DNA of 64,000 bases, taken from positions 87,978,001 to 88,042,000 of the forward strand of contig NC_058368.1 in the NCBI RefSeq assembly GCF_018350175.1, in the 5' to 3' direction. This DNA is from Felis catus (lineage: Eukaryota). Position numbers and translations under genes: made by a program. The notes under the pieces were generated by a model, which ran no database searches, had not been told where the DNA came from, and worked only from the letters and a program-made list of their open reading frames with translations. Positions 1-12,752 of the stretch are shown here, one piece after another. The stretch's first letter is position 1; every line of letters starts with the position of its first letter.

Positions 1-1414
1 CAACATCAATATTATTTATCTACATCTACATAAGATGAGTTGGAGAGTGTACACCCTTTTTCTGTTGTCTAGAAGAATCTCTATGAAAATGTAACAATGT
101 CTTTCCAGAAATATTTGGTATAACTAATCAGTAGATTCACTGAACATAGACTCTTTCTATGAAATTTTTTTTTTTATATTTCTGGATCCATTTCTTTAAA
201 AGTTATAGGACTGTTTCAGTTTTCTATTTCTCCTCATGTCATTTTTGATATAGTTTTCTATCAAATTTTAAAACTTTTAAAATGTTTAGTATGAAGTAAG
301 TTTTCAAGTCCTCTTCAAATAACGTTTCACAAAGATAACTAGCATGTTTCTCTGTATCTATATACACACACAAACCACCGAATACAAATACAATACCACA
401 CTGTTTTGTGGTGGCACCTAGAAGTCAAATGTCAGACCTTTACTGAACATTAAGACTCTCCTAACAAAAACAAAACAAAAGATCCTCTTAACAAAATAAA
501 ATGAATACATTTCTCAACCTTCTCTACTAACCAGCCAAGAAAGCACAAATACACACTAATCACTACATAATGCAACAAAATAAATACTGGTCCACCAGTC
601 AGTCTGCCATTACAGTCACTTGTCTTTAACAAGATGTGCTGATACAGCTTAAGCTATTTATTCCTATTTCCAAATTTATACATCAGACTCCAAGAGGAAT
701 TCTGACAAAGAATGTTTTAACTGAACACAAAAGATATGCTTTAAAAGGAATATCCTGTACATCAGAGGTACATATCACAGGCATATATCTACCGATCTCT
801 GCTTTTGTATACTTTGCACAGACATTGCAACATGGAATGGATCTAGATGCTACAGCACACAGGTGCAGAAAGAGCTTTTCTACACATGTGCAAGGAGGAA
901 AGAGATTCACAGAACATCTAAACTTTGATAATCCACAGTCAGTCTGAGGTATTTACAAGTATGGATGGGTAGTTGAAATATCCTCCTATCCTTGGTCAGT
1001 GAGATCCAAACATCTGGCTTGTGATGACCTGCCTGTGATTCTGAGTGAACAAACCTGATAGCTGGCAGAACATCCAATAGGAGGAAATTTACAAGAGGCA
1101 CTTGGTCTAATTCAGACCCAAATGCTAAGTAGATTCAGAGCTCCAGGACACAAAGAAAATGGGTAGGTTCTAGGAATATATAACTAAGCATCAGTGTTCT
1201 AAACACCACTGAAGATGGACACAAGAGGTCCCCTTCATTCTTACACACCTGTCCAACCCAGCCACCCTTGACCCTACCATGGGAGGAAAAACAGGAAGGT
1301 AGGAGGATGTGAGATGGAAGATCACTGATGGTGAGAACACTAGGGATGATCTGCGCTCAAAGTCAGTCCCATTCTCTCAAACAAGGCTAATTCACTACCC
1401 TAAAGATTACTGAC

Positions 1415-1690
1415 CTGTGACATCCAGGTGGAAGGACACCTTCTGGCCCCCGGCCTCACAGCTGTACTCCCCGGCATCTGCCTTCCCTGCCTGCTGCACC
1501 ACCAGCCGCCTGCTGCAGCCCTTGGCCTCCATGCACACTTTGGAGCTGGCACTCAGCTTCTTCCCGTCCTTGTACCACATCACCTCTGTCTTGTCCTGGG
1601 CCACCTCGCAGCTCAGTGTGGCACTGGTCCCCGCCTTGGCCTGCACCTCACTGCATGCTGGCTGCTCCTTGGCAAACACAGCTGAGGGCT
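1415..1690 (-). CDS. OBSCN: OBSCN exon 12, tandem-repeat Ig domain copy 4 (EPSAVFAKEQPACSEV...)
   Basis: ccag|AG acceptor, ACAG|gtcagt donor, 276 nt, open frame. Confidence 0.93.
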
Positions 1691-1855
1691 CTGGGGACAG
1701 GGAAGGACACACAAAGTCAAAAAGTAATTCAAGATGTAGCACAGGGGAAAGAAGAACTAAATGGGGAGGTGGTAGAATCTTATCCAGGCTCTGCACCAGC
1801 TGTGTGGCCTGGAGAAGCCTCACCACCTTCTCAGTAACAACTAACACAATTTATT

Positions 1856-1972
1856 TATACATTCCACCACTGCTCCATGTGGGCTGTTCCAGGTGGGGAC
1901 CATACATTCCATCACTGATCCTCCTGGGCTATTCCAGATGGGGACCATATATTCTATCCCTGTTCCATGCGA
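1856..1972. repeat. About 46-bp tandem repeat, about 2.5 copies
   Basis: tacattccatcactg...gggct(g/a)ttccag(g/a)tggggacca repeated. Confidence 0.75.
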
Positions 1973-2099
1973 GGACTCTGAGAGACTTTCCTATGTACAC
2001 GCTTTTCTGGGTGAGGAGATGTTGGGTCATGATGTGTGCACACTTCAACTTTCCCAGATGATACAGAGTCTTGCACATGAATGTGCAAAGAGCATGTCA

Positions 2100-4130
2100 C
2101 CCACAGTGCAAGACAGTCCCTGAACCTCCACACTGTCACCTACTCTGTGTTGTCAACTCTTAGCAACTGTGGGCAGTGGAGCTCTACCTCCCAGGGCTGT
2201 CTCTTACCTGGTCCTGATGATTCACAAAGTGAATTACCTTTTCCAGTGTTTTTGGTTATTAGTGTTTGCTCTTTTGCTAAAGGCTTTTGCCCAATTTTCA
2301 ATAGCATTGTCTGTCCTTTCTATGCTTGTTTTTAGGATCTTTTTATATATGTGAAGGCATATCTTTGGTGATTACGTGTGCTGTAAATATCCCCCACATC
2401 TGTGTGGCTTGTCTTTTCTGTGCTGTCTTCTGATGATTCAACATTTTTAGGTTAATGTCCTCATATATTTCATATTTGTTTCATTGTGGTTAGTGCACTT
2501 GTGTTCTGTTCTAAGCAATCATTCCTAAGCTTGAAGCAATTAAAAACATCTACATTACCACCTGAGAGTATATGGTTTCACTTCTGCTCTGAGGAGAACA
2601 CCAGGGGTTGACTGTGAGTGGTATGAGTTACTAGTCCAATCCTTTTCCATATGGTTAAATGGTCCTAGCACCATTTGTTTAAAACCATGCTGTCTCTGCT
2701 TTGTACACAGTTCCACATTAAACACACACACACAGAGGGGGAGGGGATGGCGTCATCAGTTCCTGCATGGGTCTGTCTCTGAGATCACTATTCTGGTTCT
2801 TTGGTCAGTGTATCTTTCCTGGCATCAAGACACCATTCTCAATCACTCTATCTGTAATAGTTCTGATACCTGGTCCAGCAAATGCTCACCCTTTGCTCTC
2901 CTTCAAGAGGTATATTGTCTGTGTGTGGCCTTGATGATCTGTTTGTCAATTTTCAAAGTCCCCACCACTACCACCACCAAAAATGACCATTTGCTTGGAT
3001 GTTTATTAGTATCAGGTATGCCTGTTTCTTCCATGGTTTTCTATCCATTTATTTCCATCTCTTGACTGTCTCTCAATAACATGTAATAATTTACCCTCAC
3101 AGAGCCACCCAGCATCTTTTTATCAAACTAGGAATTAGAAACATGATAGTCTTGATGCTCTTATAACTCTTAAATTTTCATTTTCAAAGTGTCTCTTGGC
3201 AGCACAGATACAAGAGTTTTCTCAATATTGACTTTTTACACAGTAATCTTTATCAACTTTCTAGGTCAAATAATTTATCTTTTGGATATATCAAATTCTA
3301 TTTTTGTTTTTTTTCAAACTTCCGTTGACTTTATTTGCCCCCTAACTATGCTGCATAGCATTGGATAAAAGTGATAGCGGTTAGCTTCCTTGGGTAGTTC
3401 CCTATCTCACAGATCACTCTGTGTGATTAGCTGGTTTTTCTGCAGCATCATTTATAAATTGAAAAAAGAACCATTCTATTTATAATTGCCTAAGAATTCT
3501 ATGTTATGAATTGATGTGAACTTTATCATACACTTCTTCTGGATTTATGATGTTAAATTTTATCAGCTACTATATTCTGCATTTATGGAGTAATCACTTC
3601 ATTCTTTTTCATTCAGTCTGTTAATGCCATGCATTATACTGATCTGCTAATATTTCCAGTTTAAAAAGCCTTGAACTCCTAGACTATGACCTTCATCACG
3701 GTGTATTATCTGTTAAATACTTTGCTCATTTATTTTCCTAATGCTTTGTTTAAGATTTTGACCTTGAAAATCCATAACAGACTGACCTGTAATTTGAATT
3801 TTTCATCCTTTGCTTTTCAGAGTTTGGTTATCAACATTATACTGTCTCTGTGAAGTAAATCAGAAATACCTTCCTCTTATCTTTTCTAGAAAAATCTCCA
3901 GGAATAGGCACTAACTTCTTTCCAGAACATTTCACATAATCTACCAGTAAGAAAGTGCACATGGTGTGAGATTATTTACTACATCTCTATTTGTTTAAAA
4001 CATTCTAGGACTATTTGAGGTGTTGAAATCTTCTTGTGTCACTTTTATCTGGTTTTCTAAGAATTTGGTCAATTTGTCAAACCTTTTCATATGTATTACC
4101 ATAAAATAATTTGTTATATCATCTGAAAAT
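2100..4130 (-). mobile_element. Old L1 (L1M-type) ORF2/3' fragments
   Basis: Degenerate antisense L1 phrases such as tcctagcaccatttgtttaaaa and ttttcctaatgctttgtttaagattttg; T-rich. Confidence 0.65.
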
Positions 4131-4284
4131 AACACTAAAAACAGACACATGGTAGATTTTTTGGTATCTGCATACACCAACAAATAATTTTCTGCGGATA
4201 CAATACCAAACAGTCAGGTGGTGGCACCTAGAAGCCAACGTAGGACTGCAGCCCATTTTTATTTGCCATTAAGACTCATAAGGA

Positions 4285-4500
4285 GTGGTGCCTGCGTGGC
4301 TCAGTTGGTTAAGCATCTGACTTTGGCTCAGGTCATGATCCCATGGTTCATGAGTTTGAGCCCCGTGTCGGGCTCTGTGCTGACAGCTCAGAGCCTGGAG
4401 CCTGCTTCAGATTCTGTGTCTCCCTCTCTCTCTGCCCCTTCCCTGCTCTCTCTCTCTCTCTCTCAAAAAAATAAATAAAAACATTTTTAAAATTTTTAAA
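4285..4500 (+). mobile_element. CAN-SINE (SINEC_Fc-like) with TSD aagactcataagga
   Basis: tRNA-derived head, (CT)n, A tail; TSD at 4271-4284 and 4501-4514. Confidence 0.95.
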
Positions 4501-5454
4501 AAGACTCATAAGGAAAGGAAAATACATTTAGTTCGGACCCTTTTCTGTGAACCAGCCAGAAATGGACAGACACGCAAGTCTCTAGAAAATGGTATGAAAT
4601 GCTGCTTTACCAGACAGCTGCTGTTAAAGACCTCGTCTTTAACAAAGTGTGCTTGTGTAAGATAAGCCACTTATTCTTTTCCATTTCTAAATCGATGAAT
4701 CATACCCCAAGGGGAATTCTGACACAGAATGTTCTAAGAGAGGGGAAGCAAGATTTGCTTCAAAAAGAGAATCCAGACTTCACATGTGTCTATCACATAT
4801 CTGTCAGCCCTCTGCTCTCAGTTTGCTTTGTGCAGACATTGCAGAGAACAGGGATCTAGACTTTGCTAGATCCGTGTCCATGTGCAAGATAAGTTCCGTG
4901 TCCATGTGCAAGGAGGAAAGGGTGTCCCAGAATGCCTAAAACTTTGATAGTCCATAGTTCTGTCTGAGATACATCCAATTATGATTGGCTGGAGTAAATT
5001 ACTCCTTATCCTGGTTTAATGAAATTCAAACATCTCTCCCTAGGGTGAAACAACATGTTGCTAGACGAGGGCACCTGGGAGCTGCCAGGACATTAAGCAG
5101 AGGAAAATGCATGTATCATGGGTGAGAAATGCCTGGTCTACTTCAGACTCCAAGTGCAGGGAACAGCCAGAGGTCCAGGTACCAAAGAACACCCAGGAGT
5201 TTCTGAGCAGATACAGGGAACTTACAACTGCCATTACTGTGTGGAAACAGCACTTGGGGTTTCTGGGAGCACAATCTCCCTTCTGTTCATACCCTTCCCA
5301 CCCAACCTCCCTTGGCCCAGCCATGGGAAAGGGCATTGGGAGAATGGGCCATGTGAACACATGAGGTCTCGTGGGAAGAGCACCATGGTTGGCTGGGGAT
5401 GTAAGCCAATCCCATCACCTCCACACAGGCTATGACAGTCCCATAAGAACTGAC

Positions 5455-5730
5455 CTGTGACATCCAGGTGGAAAGACACCTTCTGGCCCCCGGCCTCACA
5501 GCTGTACTCCCCAGCATCCACCTTCCCCGCCTGCTGCACCACCAGCTTCCTGCTGCAGCCCTTGGCCTCCATGTGCACTCTGGAGCTGGCACTCAGTTTC
5601 TTCCCATCCTTGTACCATGTCACCTCCGTCTTGTCCTGAGCCATCTCGCAGCTCAGCGTGGCACTGGCCCCTGCCTTGGCCTGCACTTCACTGCATGCTG
5701 GCTGCCCCTTAGCAAACATGGCCGAGTGCT
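5455..5730 (-). CDS. OBSCN: OBSCN exon 11, tandem-repeat Ig domain copy 3 (EHSAMFAKGQPACSEV...)
   Basis: ccag|AG acceptor, ACAG|gtcagt donor, 276 nt, open frame. Confidence 0.92.
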
Positions 5731-6099
5731 CTGGGGAAAAAGAGGCATGCACAGGTTCAGAGACACAGAGCTGTCACCAGCCTAGGTCACAGGAATGAAA
5801 GCCTCAGGGTTCAGTAAATTTTCTACTTGGAGCAAATGCCATCACATGCCCAGAAGAGTGCTGGAGTGTGTTTGTAAACATAAGCCTCCTGTCCTACAGC
5901 CCAAGTGTACATTTGGATGTGTCCTGACTCAAGAGCAATTTCTAAGGCTGGTGCAAGGTGGCAGAGGCTGTTCCATCACCTGTCTCTGCTAGTTCATGGT
6001 CCTTCCCAGGTGACAGCCAGCCCTTGTGGGCAGGTGGGGTTGTTCACTCCTATATCCCCAGCACATGGTGTGTCCACCACAGACTACCTTACCACAGTG

Positions 6100-6680
6100 T
6101 AACTCCCATATTAATGCACTAATTCATTTGCACAGCCCAGTGGAGTTTGGTGTGACTGTCCCCACAGAACCAAAACAACAACAAACAGAAAACATCTATC
6201 TCCCCACTCACTACTAACCATGCCCAAAAGTAACCATTATCTTGACCTCCGCCACCATCAATTACTTTTGCCTGGACTTTGATTTCACATGAATGCATGA
6301 TCCATTGGGTGTTCTTTGGGTCTGTCTTCCTCCCCTTGACAGAATGTGAGATCTACCCATGCTGCTGCATGCATGGATAGTTTTCTACTGTATAAACACC
6401 TCAGCTTGTGTTTGCTTTACCTCTTGTGATTCGTCTGGGCTATTTCCCATTTGGGGATATGATGAGTAAAGCTGCCTTGAACAGTCTTGTATGTCTCTTT
6501 GGGGACAAACAGAACTGCTAGTACATACATATGGCTAAATTTGGCTTTAATAGATATTTCCAAAGAGTATTCAATAATGATTGTGACAACTTACTCTACC
6601 ATTGACAGTGTGTGATAATTCAGATTCTCCACATCCTTACCAACACTTGAGATCATCGTTTTTTAAAAAATTGTGTATAT
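6100..6680 (-). mobile_element. Old L1 3' end (L1ME-like)
   Basis: Phrases such as gtaaccattatcttgacctc, ttgagatctacccatgctgctgcatg and ctccacatccttaccaacacttg. Confidence 0.6.
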
Positions 6681-7642
6681 CCCATTAAACTCAAGTATGT
6701 ACATGCAGGAAGGATCTCAGGGATTCCATGCTCTGAGCCCACCAGAGTCAGACTACCCTGAACAAAACTACAAGGTGGTCCCAAGTCAACATAGTCCTGG
6801 AATGAGCCAAAGTTTGATTGTCCTCTCCCTGCCTATCACAGGAAAGAGCAACCCTCTTTCTGGAATAAGATAGCATCATCCATATAACAAGTTTTCTCAT
6901 GCAATATCTGACAGTCAATTGAAGCATTGCTGATGTGCCACAGACAGGAGTAAATAGAAAACTAAACAAGAAAAAAGTACAATATCAGATGATTGATTAT
7001 TATGTTTTTTTCAGACTGGGATACAGCCATGATTAATACAGTTTTAAAACGAAATTTTAAAAAAAAGGTCAAACATGAAAAATTTACTACAGAGTCTGGA
7101 ATCTATAAGAAATCAAAAAATGGAAGTTATATCACTTGAAAATAGTAAACACACTATAAGTGAGTTGGACAGCACATTAGATATAGCAGAATACAATATT
7201 AGAAAATTGGAAGGCAGGTAAACAACATACCCAGAATAAAGCAGAGAGAGAAAAATAATTAGGAGGCAGAGAGAAAGATGCAACAAGATATGTGGGGAAA
7301 CATAAAAAGGTCAAATAAAATATAACAAGAGTTCTGACAAAGGAGAGAGATAGGACAGAACAGAGAAAGGACAAGGATAGCCTATGGTTGATGAGGACAT
7401 AAACCCACACACTCAAGGTGATCTACAGCCTCAACCGGTATGAATACAAAGAAAACCACATCCAGGTTCATCAAAGTAAAACTTCTGAAGGCCAAAAACA
7501 ATATCTTAAAAGCAACAGGAGAAAAGAAAGAAAAGAAAGAAAACCCTTGAGAGAATATAACAGATCTGACAGTTGATGTTCTAAGAGAAAATATGGAACC
7601 TAGAAGACAATGGAATGATATCTTTAAAATGTGAAAATATAT

Positions 7643-8205
7643 AAAATTGACTCTTAAAAACACAAGGGTTAAGGGTGCCAACCCACCATGCAGTAAAAAA
7701 AAAAAATTCATGTATAACTTTTACTTCCCTAAAATGTAACTACTAGTAGCCTACTGTTGACTGGAAGCCTCACAGATGATATAGTCAATTAACACACACT
7801 TTGTATCATATGTGTATTATAGACTACACTCTAACAACGAAATAAGCTACAGAGAAATGTTATTAAGAAGAGAAAACTGGGGCGCCTGGGTGGCACAGTC
7901 GGTTAAGCGTCCGACTTCAGCCAGGTCACGATCTCGCGGTCTGTGAGTTCGAGCCCCGCGTCAGGCTCTGGGCTGATAGCTCGGAGCCTGGAGCCTGTTT
8001 CCGATTCTGTGTCTCCCTCTCTCTCTGCCCCTCGCCCGTTCATGCTCTGTCTCTCTCTGTCCCCAAAAAAATAAATAAACGTTGAAAAAAAAATTAAAAA
8101 AAAAAGAAGAGAAAACACATTTACATACTGTACTGTATTTATAGAAAAAATCCGCATATAAGTGGACCTGTGGAGTGTAAACCCATGCTGATCAAGAGTC
8201 CACTG
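7643..8205. mobile_element. Tigger2a / MER8-MER28-like Tc1/mariner non-autonomous DNA transposon
   Basis: Internal hallmark aactactagtagcctactgttgactggaagcct and terminus ccgcatataagtggacc...caagagtccactg followed by TA; degenerate TIR at the left end. Confidence 0.75.
7879..8103 (+). mobile_element. Young felid SINEC_Fc with TSD aagaagagaaaac
   Basis: Close to the SINEC_Fc consensus with CpGs retained; TSD at about 7865-7877 and about 8104-8116. Confidence 0.95.
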
Positions 8206-8674
8206 TATTTACATATGTAACTTGATACCCAGAGAAAATAGGCCTCAGAATTGAAGACAAAATAAGTACTTTTTCAAATAAGCAAAAAAAGAAATTAAAG
8301 TACCAGAATACCTACCAAAATAAATATGCATGATAAAAGTTTTTCAAGCAGAAAAAGTAAATAAATAATCTCAGAATATTGGGCCCAAACCCTGGCTCTT
8401 AGGTTTTCTGGCTGTGTGAATATCAGCAAGTTATAGAATTTTCTTAGTTCATATTACAATGAGAATATTCAGAATTCCTCCTCTGAGGTTGTTGTAATGT
8501 TTGCACAAGTGAAAAGACAAGAAGCATTCGTAAAATGCTGCCATGGGTATATAATTAATAACTGCTAGCTATATGAAAGCATGATGACAAAATAGACCAT
8601 TAGATGTCACCTGTGCACACCCCAATCCTTAACAACTAGCTTAAGGAGCATAAGACAGACGTCAAGGAACTCAC

Positions 8675-8950
8675 CAATGACATCCAGGTGGAAGGAGACC
8701 TTCTCCCCCGCAGCCTCACAGCTGTACTCCCCCGCATCCGCCTTTGCTGTCTGCTGCACCACCAGCCTCCTGCTGCAGCCCTTGGCCTCCACACGCACTC
8801 TGGAGCTTGCACTCAGCTTCTTCCCGTCCTTGTACCACGTCACCTCCGTCTTGTCCTGGGCCACCTCACAGCTCAGTGTGGCACTGGCCCCCGCCTTGGT
8901 CTGTACCTCACTGTGTGTTGTCTGTCCCTTGGCAAACACCAATACAGGTT
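8675..8950 (-). CDS. OBSCN: OBSCN exon 10, tandem-repeat Ig domain copy 2 (EPVLVFAKGQTTHSEV...)
   Basis: ccag|AA acceptor, ATTG|gtgagt donor, 276 nt, open frame. Confidence 0.93.
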
Positions 8951-9399
8951 CTGGGGATAGGAATGGACAATTAAATGTCTAGAACTGAATAAGGGCCCAC
9001 CTTCTGGGTCTCAAAACCAGGATTCCTTGGGCACAAGCCTGCCTTGCTCCTGGATCCCTCCACACAGAGAATTCCATACTCAGGAGATGCATAAAGCAAA
9101 GAACAGGTTGTTTCTCAGAATCTGAAGGCTCCAGGTCAAATAATTTCCAGGTCAGTATGTGTCATGTTACAGGATTAGGCATTTACCATTTGTGATACCA
9201 TAATTATCCTAACAAATGGAGGCATATCTTGTCACTTGTACATCAAAGCACAGGTATTTTCAGGGAGAATTTCTTGTGCACTGTCACCAAGAGTGGGTGA
9301 TGCCCAAGGCACAAGAACACACACACAATGACTTCTAATGCAATCTGTAACTTCTAGCAAGCCAATCACCATTCCTATAATCAAACCCCTGTCCTTGAG

Positions 9400-10330
9400 A
9401 CTGGATGTGGTTTTTATTCTTTTGCTTCACATCACATTACTTCTAGGACCCACTTGTTCACTCTAGACTAAATTTTCTTCCTTTTGACATATATCCATCA
9501 GCATTTTTTTCCAGCAAGGTTTTGTGATGGTAAATTCTCTCCATTTGCTTCCTGAAAACATTTCTATTTCATTCTGAATTTTGAATGATAGTTTGGCTGG
9601 ATACAGAATTCCAGTTGACAGTATCTTCCCCAGTACATTGAAGGTGATGCCTTCTTTGTGCTCTTCATTGCTGTTGACAAATCTGCAGGAAGGATAACTG
9701 CCCTCCCATTAATCTTTATTTTTCTGTGGTTCACTGTGATGTGTCTATCTGTGGACTTATGTTCCCTACATTCCTCATGATCACTTGTAAATCCTGAAGC
9801 TTAGGATTCACATCTTCAATCAGTGCTAAAAATTACCTACGTGATTTCTTTCATTATTTCTTCTTCTTCATTCTCTCCAGTCTCTCCTAAAAGTCCTTTT
9901 AGACACATGTGTGGCCTTCTGCTTCTCTTCCCCACATCTGTCATTATCTCATTTTTTTAAATCTCTGCTTCATTCTGAGTAACTTCCCCAAATCTATCTT
10001 CCAATTCAGTGATTTTTCTTCAGCTATGTCTAATTTGCTACTTATCGCTCCACTAAATTGTTTATCATAAATGTGTTTCCCATTCAAGAAGCTTCCCAAA
10101 TGTGCTTCCCATTCATTTGGTTCTTTTTTGAATCTGCCTATTCTTTTTCTTACTATTTTACTTTTTTCTTACCTTTTCAAGTCTCCCATATAATTCATTT
10201 TAAGTATGTTTATTTCAATACTCTTTCAGATAGTTGTTCTATTATCTGAGGTCCCCAGGTGGTCTAATCCTGATCTTTACTGTGACTTCCAACTCTCTTC
10301 TATGTAGGATTATTCCTCCGGTGCTTAGAT
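9400..10330 (-). mobile_element. Old L1 ORF1 remnant
   Basis: ttttgaatgatagtttggctggatacagaattc and ccaaatctatcttccaattcagtgatt are antisense L1 ORF1 phrases. Confidence 0.65.
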
Positions 10331-12159
10331 GAATTTTATTGTGAGTGCATCTAGCATGGTTTCCTTAGCCAGTAGTATTAAGTGTGGCCTCGGTGGTGAG
10401 GTAACCCACCCACCTGGGCCAAGGCAGAAAGACAAGTGCCCTATAATCTCCCTGAGCTCAAGGCATATTGCTTTATTGGTCCATCTTTTCTTTAATGATG
10501 TGGTTTTACGACGTTTCCATCCTTGTATGCTGTTTTCTGTCCCACTTCCTTTTTGCTCCCACAGCCTATTTTCAAGCTGGTGGTGTAAGTCAGATGCAGA
10601 TCCCTGGTACCCAAAGTCCCCCACAGCAATTGTGCACCAACTCATCACCCATTGCTTTAGTTTCTTAGTGCCTCTTCCTTTCTAGCACCTGGAAATGTCC
10701 CTTTTTCATCTTGCCAGTCCAGATATTAACTTAACTTGACTTTATTACATTCTGTCCCACATTTTAAGATGTCTATGATGGGAGAGTTTTCACATTACAG
10801 AAGTCCACAGTACCGCTGGAACCCCAAATCCAGATTGGGTGTTTATAAGTCTACCTTTCCACATGAGATTATTCAATTTCATGCACTAGGGACTTTCTGC
10901 TTCAGGAATGCCTATTTTCTCAACAGAAGTCAGTGGAACTCTTGGTTTTTGGCCTGCACATCAAAGCATTGGTATTTTCAGGGAGAATTCTTTACATGCT
11001 ATCACCAAGAATGGGCACTATCCTTGAGTTACAAGATTTTTAATTGGATTTCTAATATTTTTTTAAAATTCAAATAGCCAAAGTAAAAATGGTTCTATTT
11101 TTATGCCTTAAATATATTTTTCATGGAGAAAAAGATAAGGCATCCAGGTGGCTGAATTTCACCTACCTGTCCTCAGTGACCTGATACCACCTAGGACAGG
11201 TGTCTGGATGGAAGGCAGTGATGATGATCCAAAAATCTATGCAGTGACTGGCAGGGGCTGTGGTCAGCCTCAATATTCTTTGGTTCTCCTCCCACCCCAA
11301 GCCCCTCCCTACATGGTCTCATGTCCCCCAGTGTCCCAGGGGGAGGTCCCATCATCATCCACTCCTTCCACACCACTTCTTCCCCCAGTCCCTCCCACCA
11401 CAAACTTGCCAACAAATCCTGAATCTCCAACCCCAGACCAGTGTCAACTGAGTACCATGCCCAGATAGCTGACCACCCCTGGACATCCCAGGCTAGCATG
11501 TCACCTGCTTCTTCCAGCAAATATGCTCCTGTCAACCTGCCATGTCTCATATAGTGACCCCTAGATCTATGTATTCACACATGGGTTTAAGATTCATCTA
11601 TGTCTCCTGCTTCTCAGCCCACACCCACATGAGCACGAATTCATGCACTCATCATCCCTCTCTGTCCCCTCAACCACAGCCTCTGTTTGACTTGGTCATC
11701 TCCAGAAGCAAAACCTCTGCAGTAAGATGTCCTTGGGGACCAGATGGGTTAAGTGGAGTCTGCATGCTTCTTGTGGATGCCATGCCCACCTGAGCTTCTG
11801 CCACATCTGCCCTCCAGCCAACAGCTTTGCTTTTGGAATCATGGTCTCTCTATCATTTCTCCACCCGTGAGGCTACCACCAGATGAGTCCTCACAAACAC
11901 TACCATGTGAAAGCAGAGAACACCTAACCACACAGCCAACTGTCACCTTTATCCATAACCAGCTGAACACACAACTTTCATACTGTACAGTGAGGCACCT
12001 CCTGTTCATTTTGTGGCCCCAGACTCAGCTGCATCCCCAAGGTGGGGTTGCACCAGGTCTCTGTTATTTCTGACATTCACTTCACAGGAGTCCTCACAGA
12101 CTAATCTTAAAGAAAACTGTGTCTCTTTGATATGCATGTCATGAAATCATTCCTGATCA

Positions 12160-12160
12160 C

Positions 12161-12196
<36 letters not shown>

Positions 12197-12752
12197 TATG
12201 TGTATATATGTGGGGGTATGCATGTACGGTTGTATGTGCACATATATGTTTGTGCATGTCTTTGTACATGTGTTTAAACGTGTGTATGTTGTTGTATGTG
12301 TTTAAATGTGCATGTATGAGGACGCCTGGGTGGCTCAGTTGGTTAAGCATCTGACCTCGGCTCAGGTCATGATCTCATGGTTTGTGGGTTCAAATCCCAC
12401 ATCAGGCTCTGTGCTGACAGCTCAGAGCCTGGAGCCTGCTTTTGGACTCTGTGTCTCCCTCTCTCTCTGCACTTTCCCCACTTTGTCTCTTTCTCTCTCA
12501 AAAATAAACAAACTTTAAAAATATGCATGTATGTATGTGTATATGTGTCATGTATGTATGTTTGTGTGTATATATGTTTGTGAGTGTGTATGTGCATTGA
12601 AATTTATGTGAATATATGTCTATGCATGTGTGTATGTGTGTTGTGAGCATGTATATGTGTTTATGTACATGGGTATATGTATGTCTATGCATGTGTGTAT
12701 GGATGAGCATGTATATGTTTAAATGTGCATGCATGTGTATGTGTGTGTGTTT
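12160..12752. repeat. (TG)n / (TATG)n low-complexity block containing a SINE
   Basis: Perfect (TG)n at about 12163-12195 followed by degenerate purine-pyrimidine alternation. Confidence 0.9.
12319..12520 (+). mobile_element. CAN-SINE
   Basis: gggtggctcagttggttaagcatctgacctcggctcaggtcatgatctc head and A tail. Confidence 0.92.

Larger units (their letters stand above)
6900..8370 (+). mobile_element. Old L1 ORF1 remnant, interrupted by Tigger2a and a SINE
   Basis: A-rich ORF1-like text such as aagaaaaccacatccaggttcatcaaagtaaaacttctgaag and agaagacaatggaatgatatctttaaa. Confidence 0.65.
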
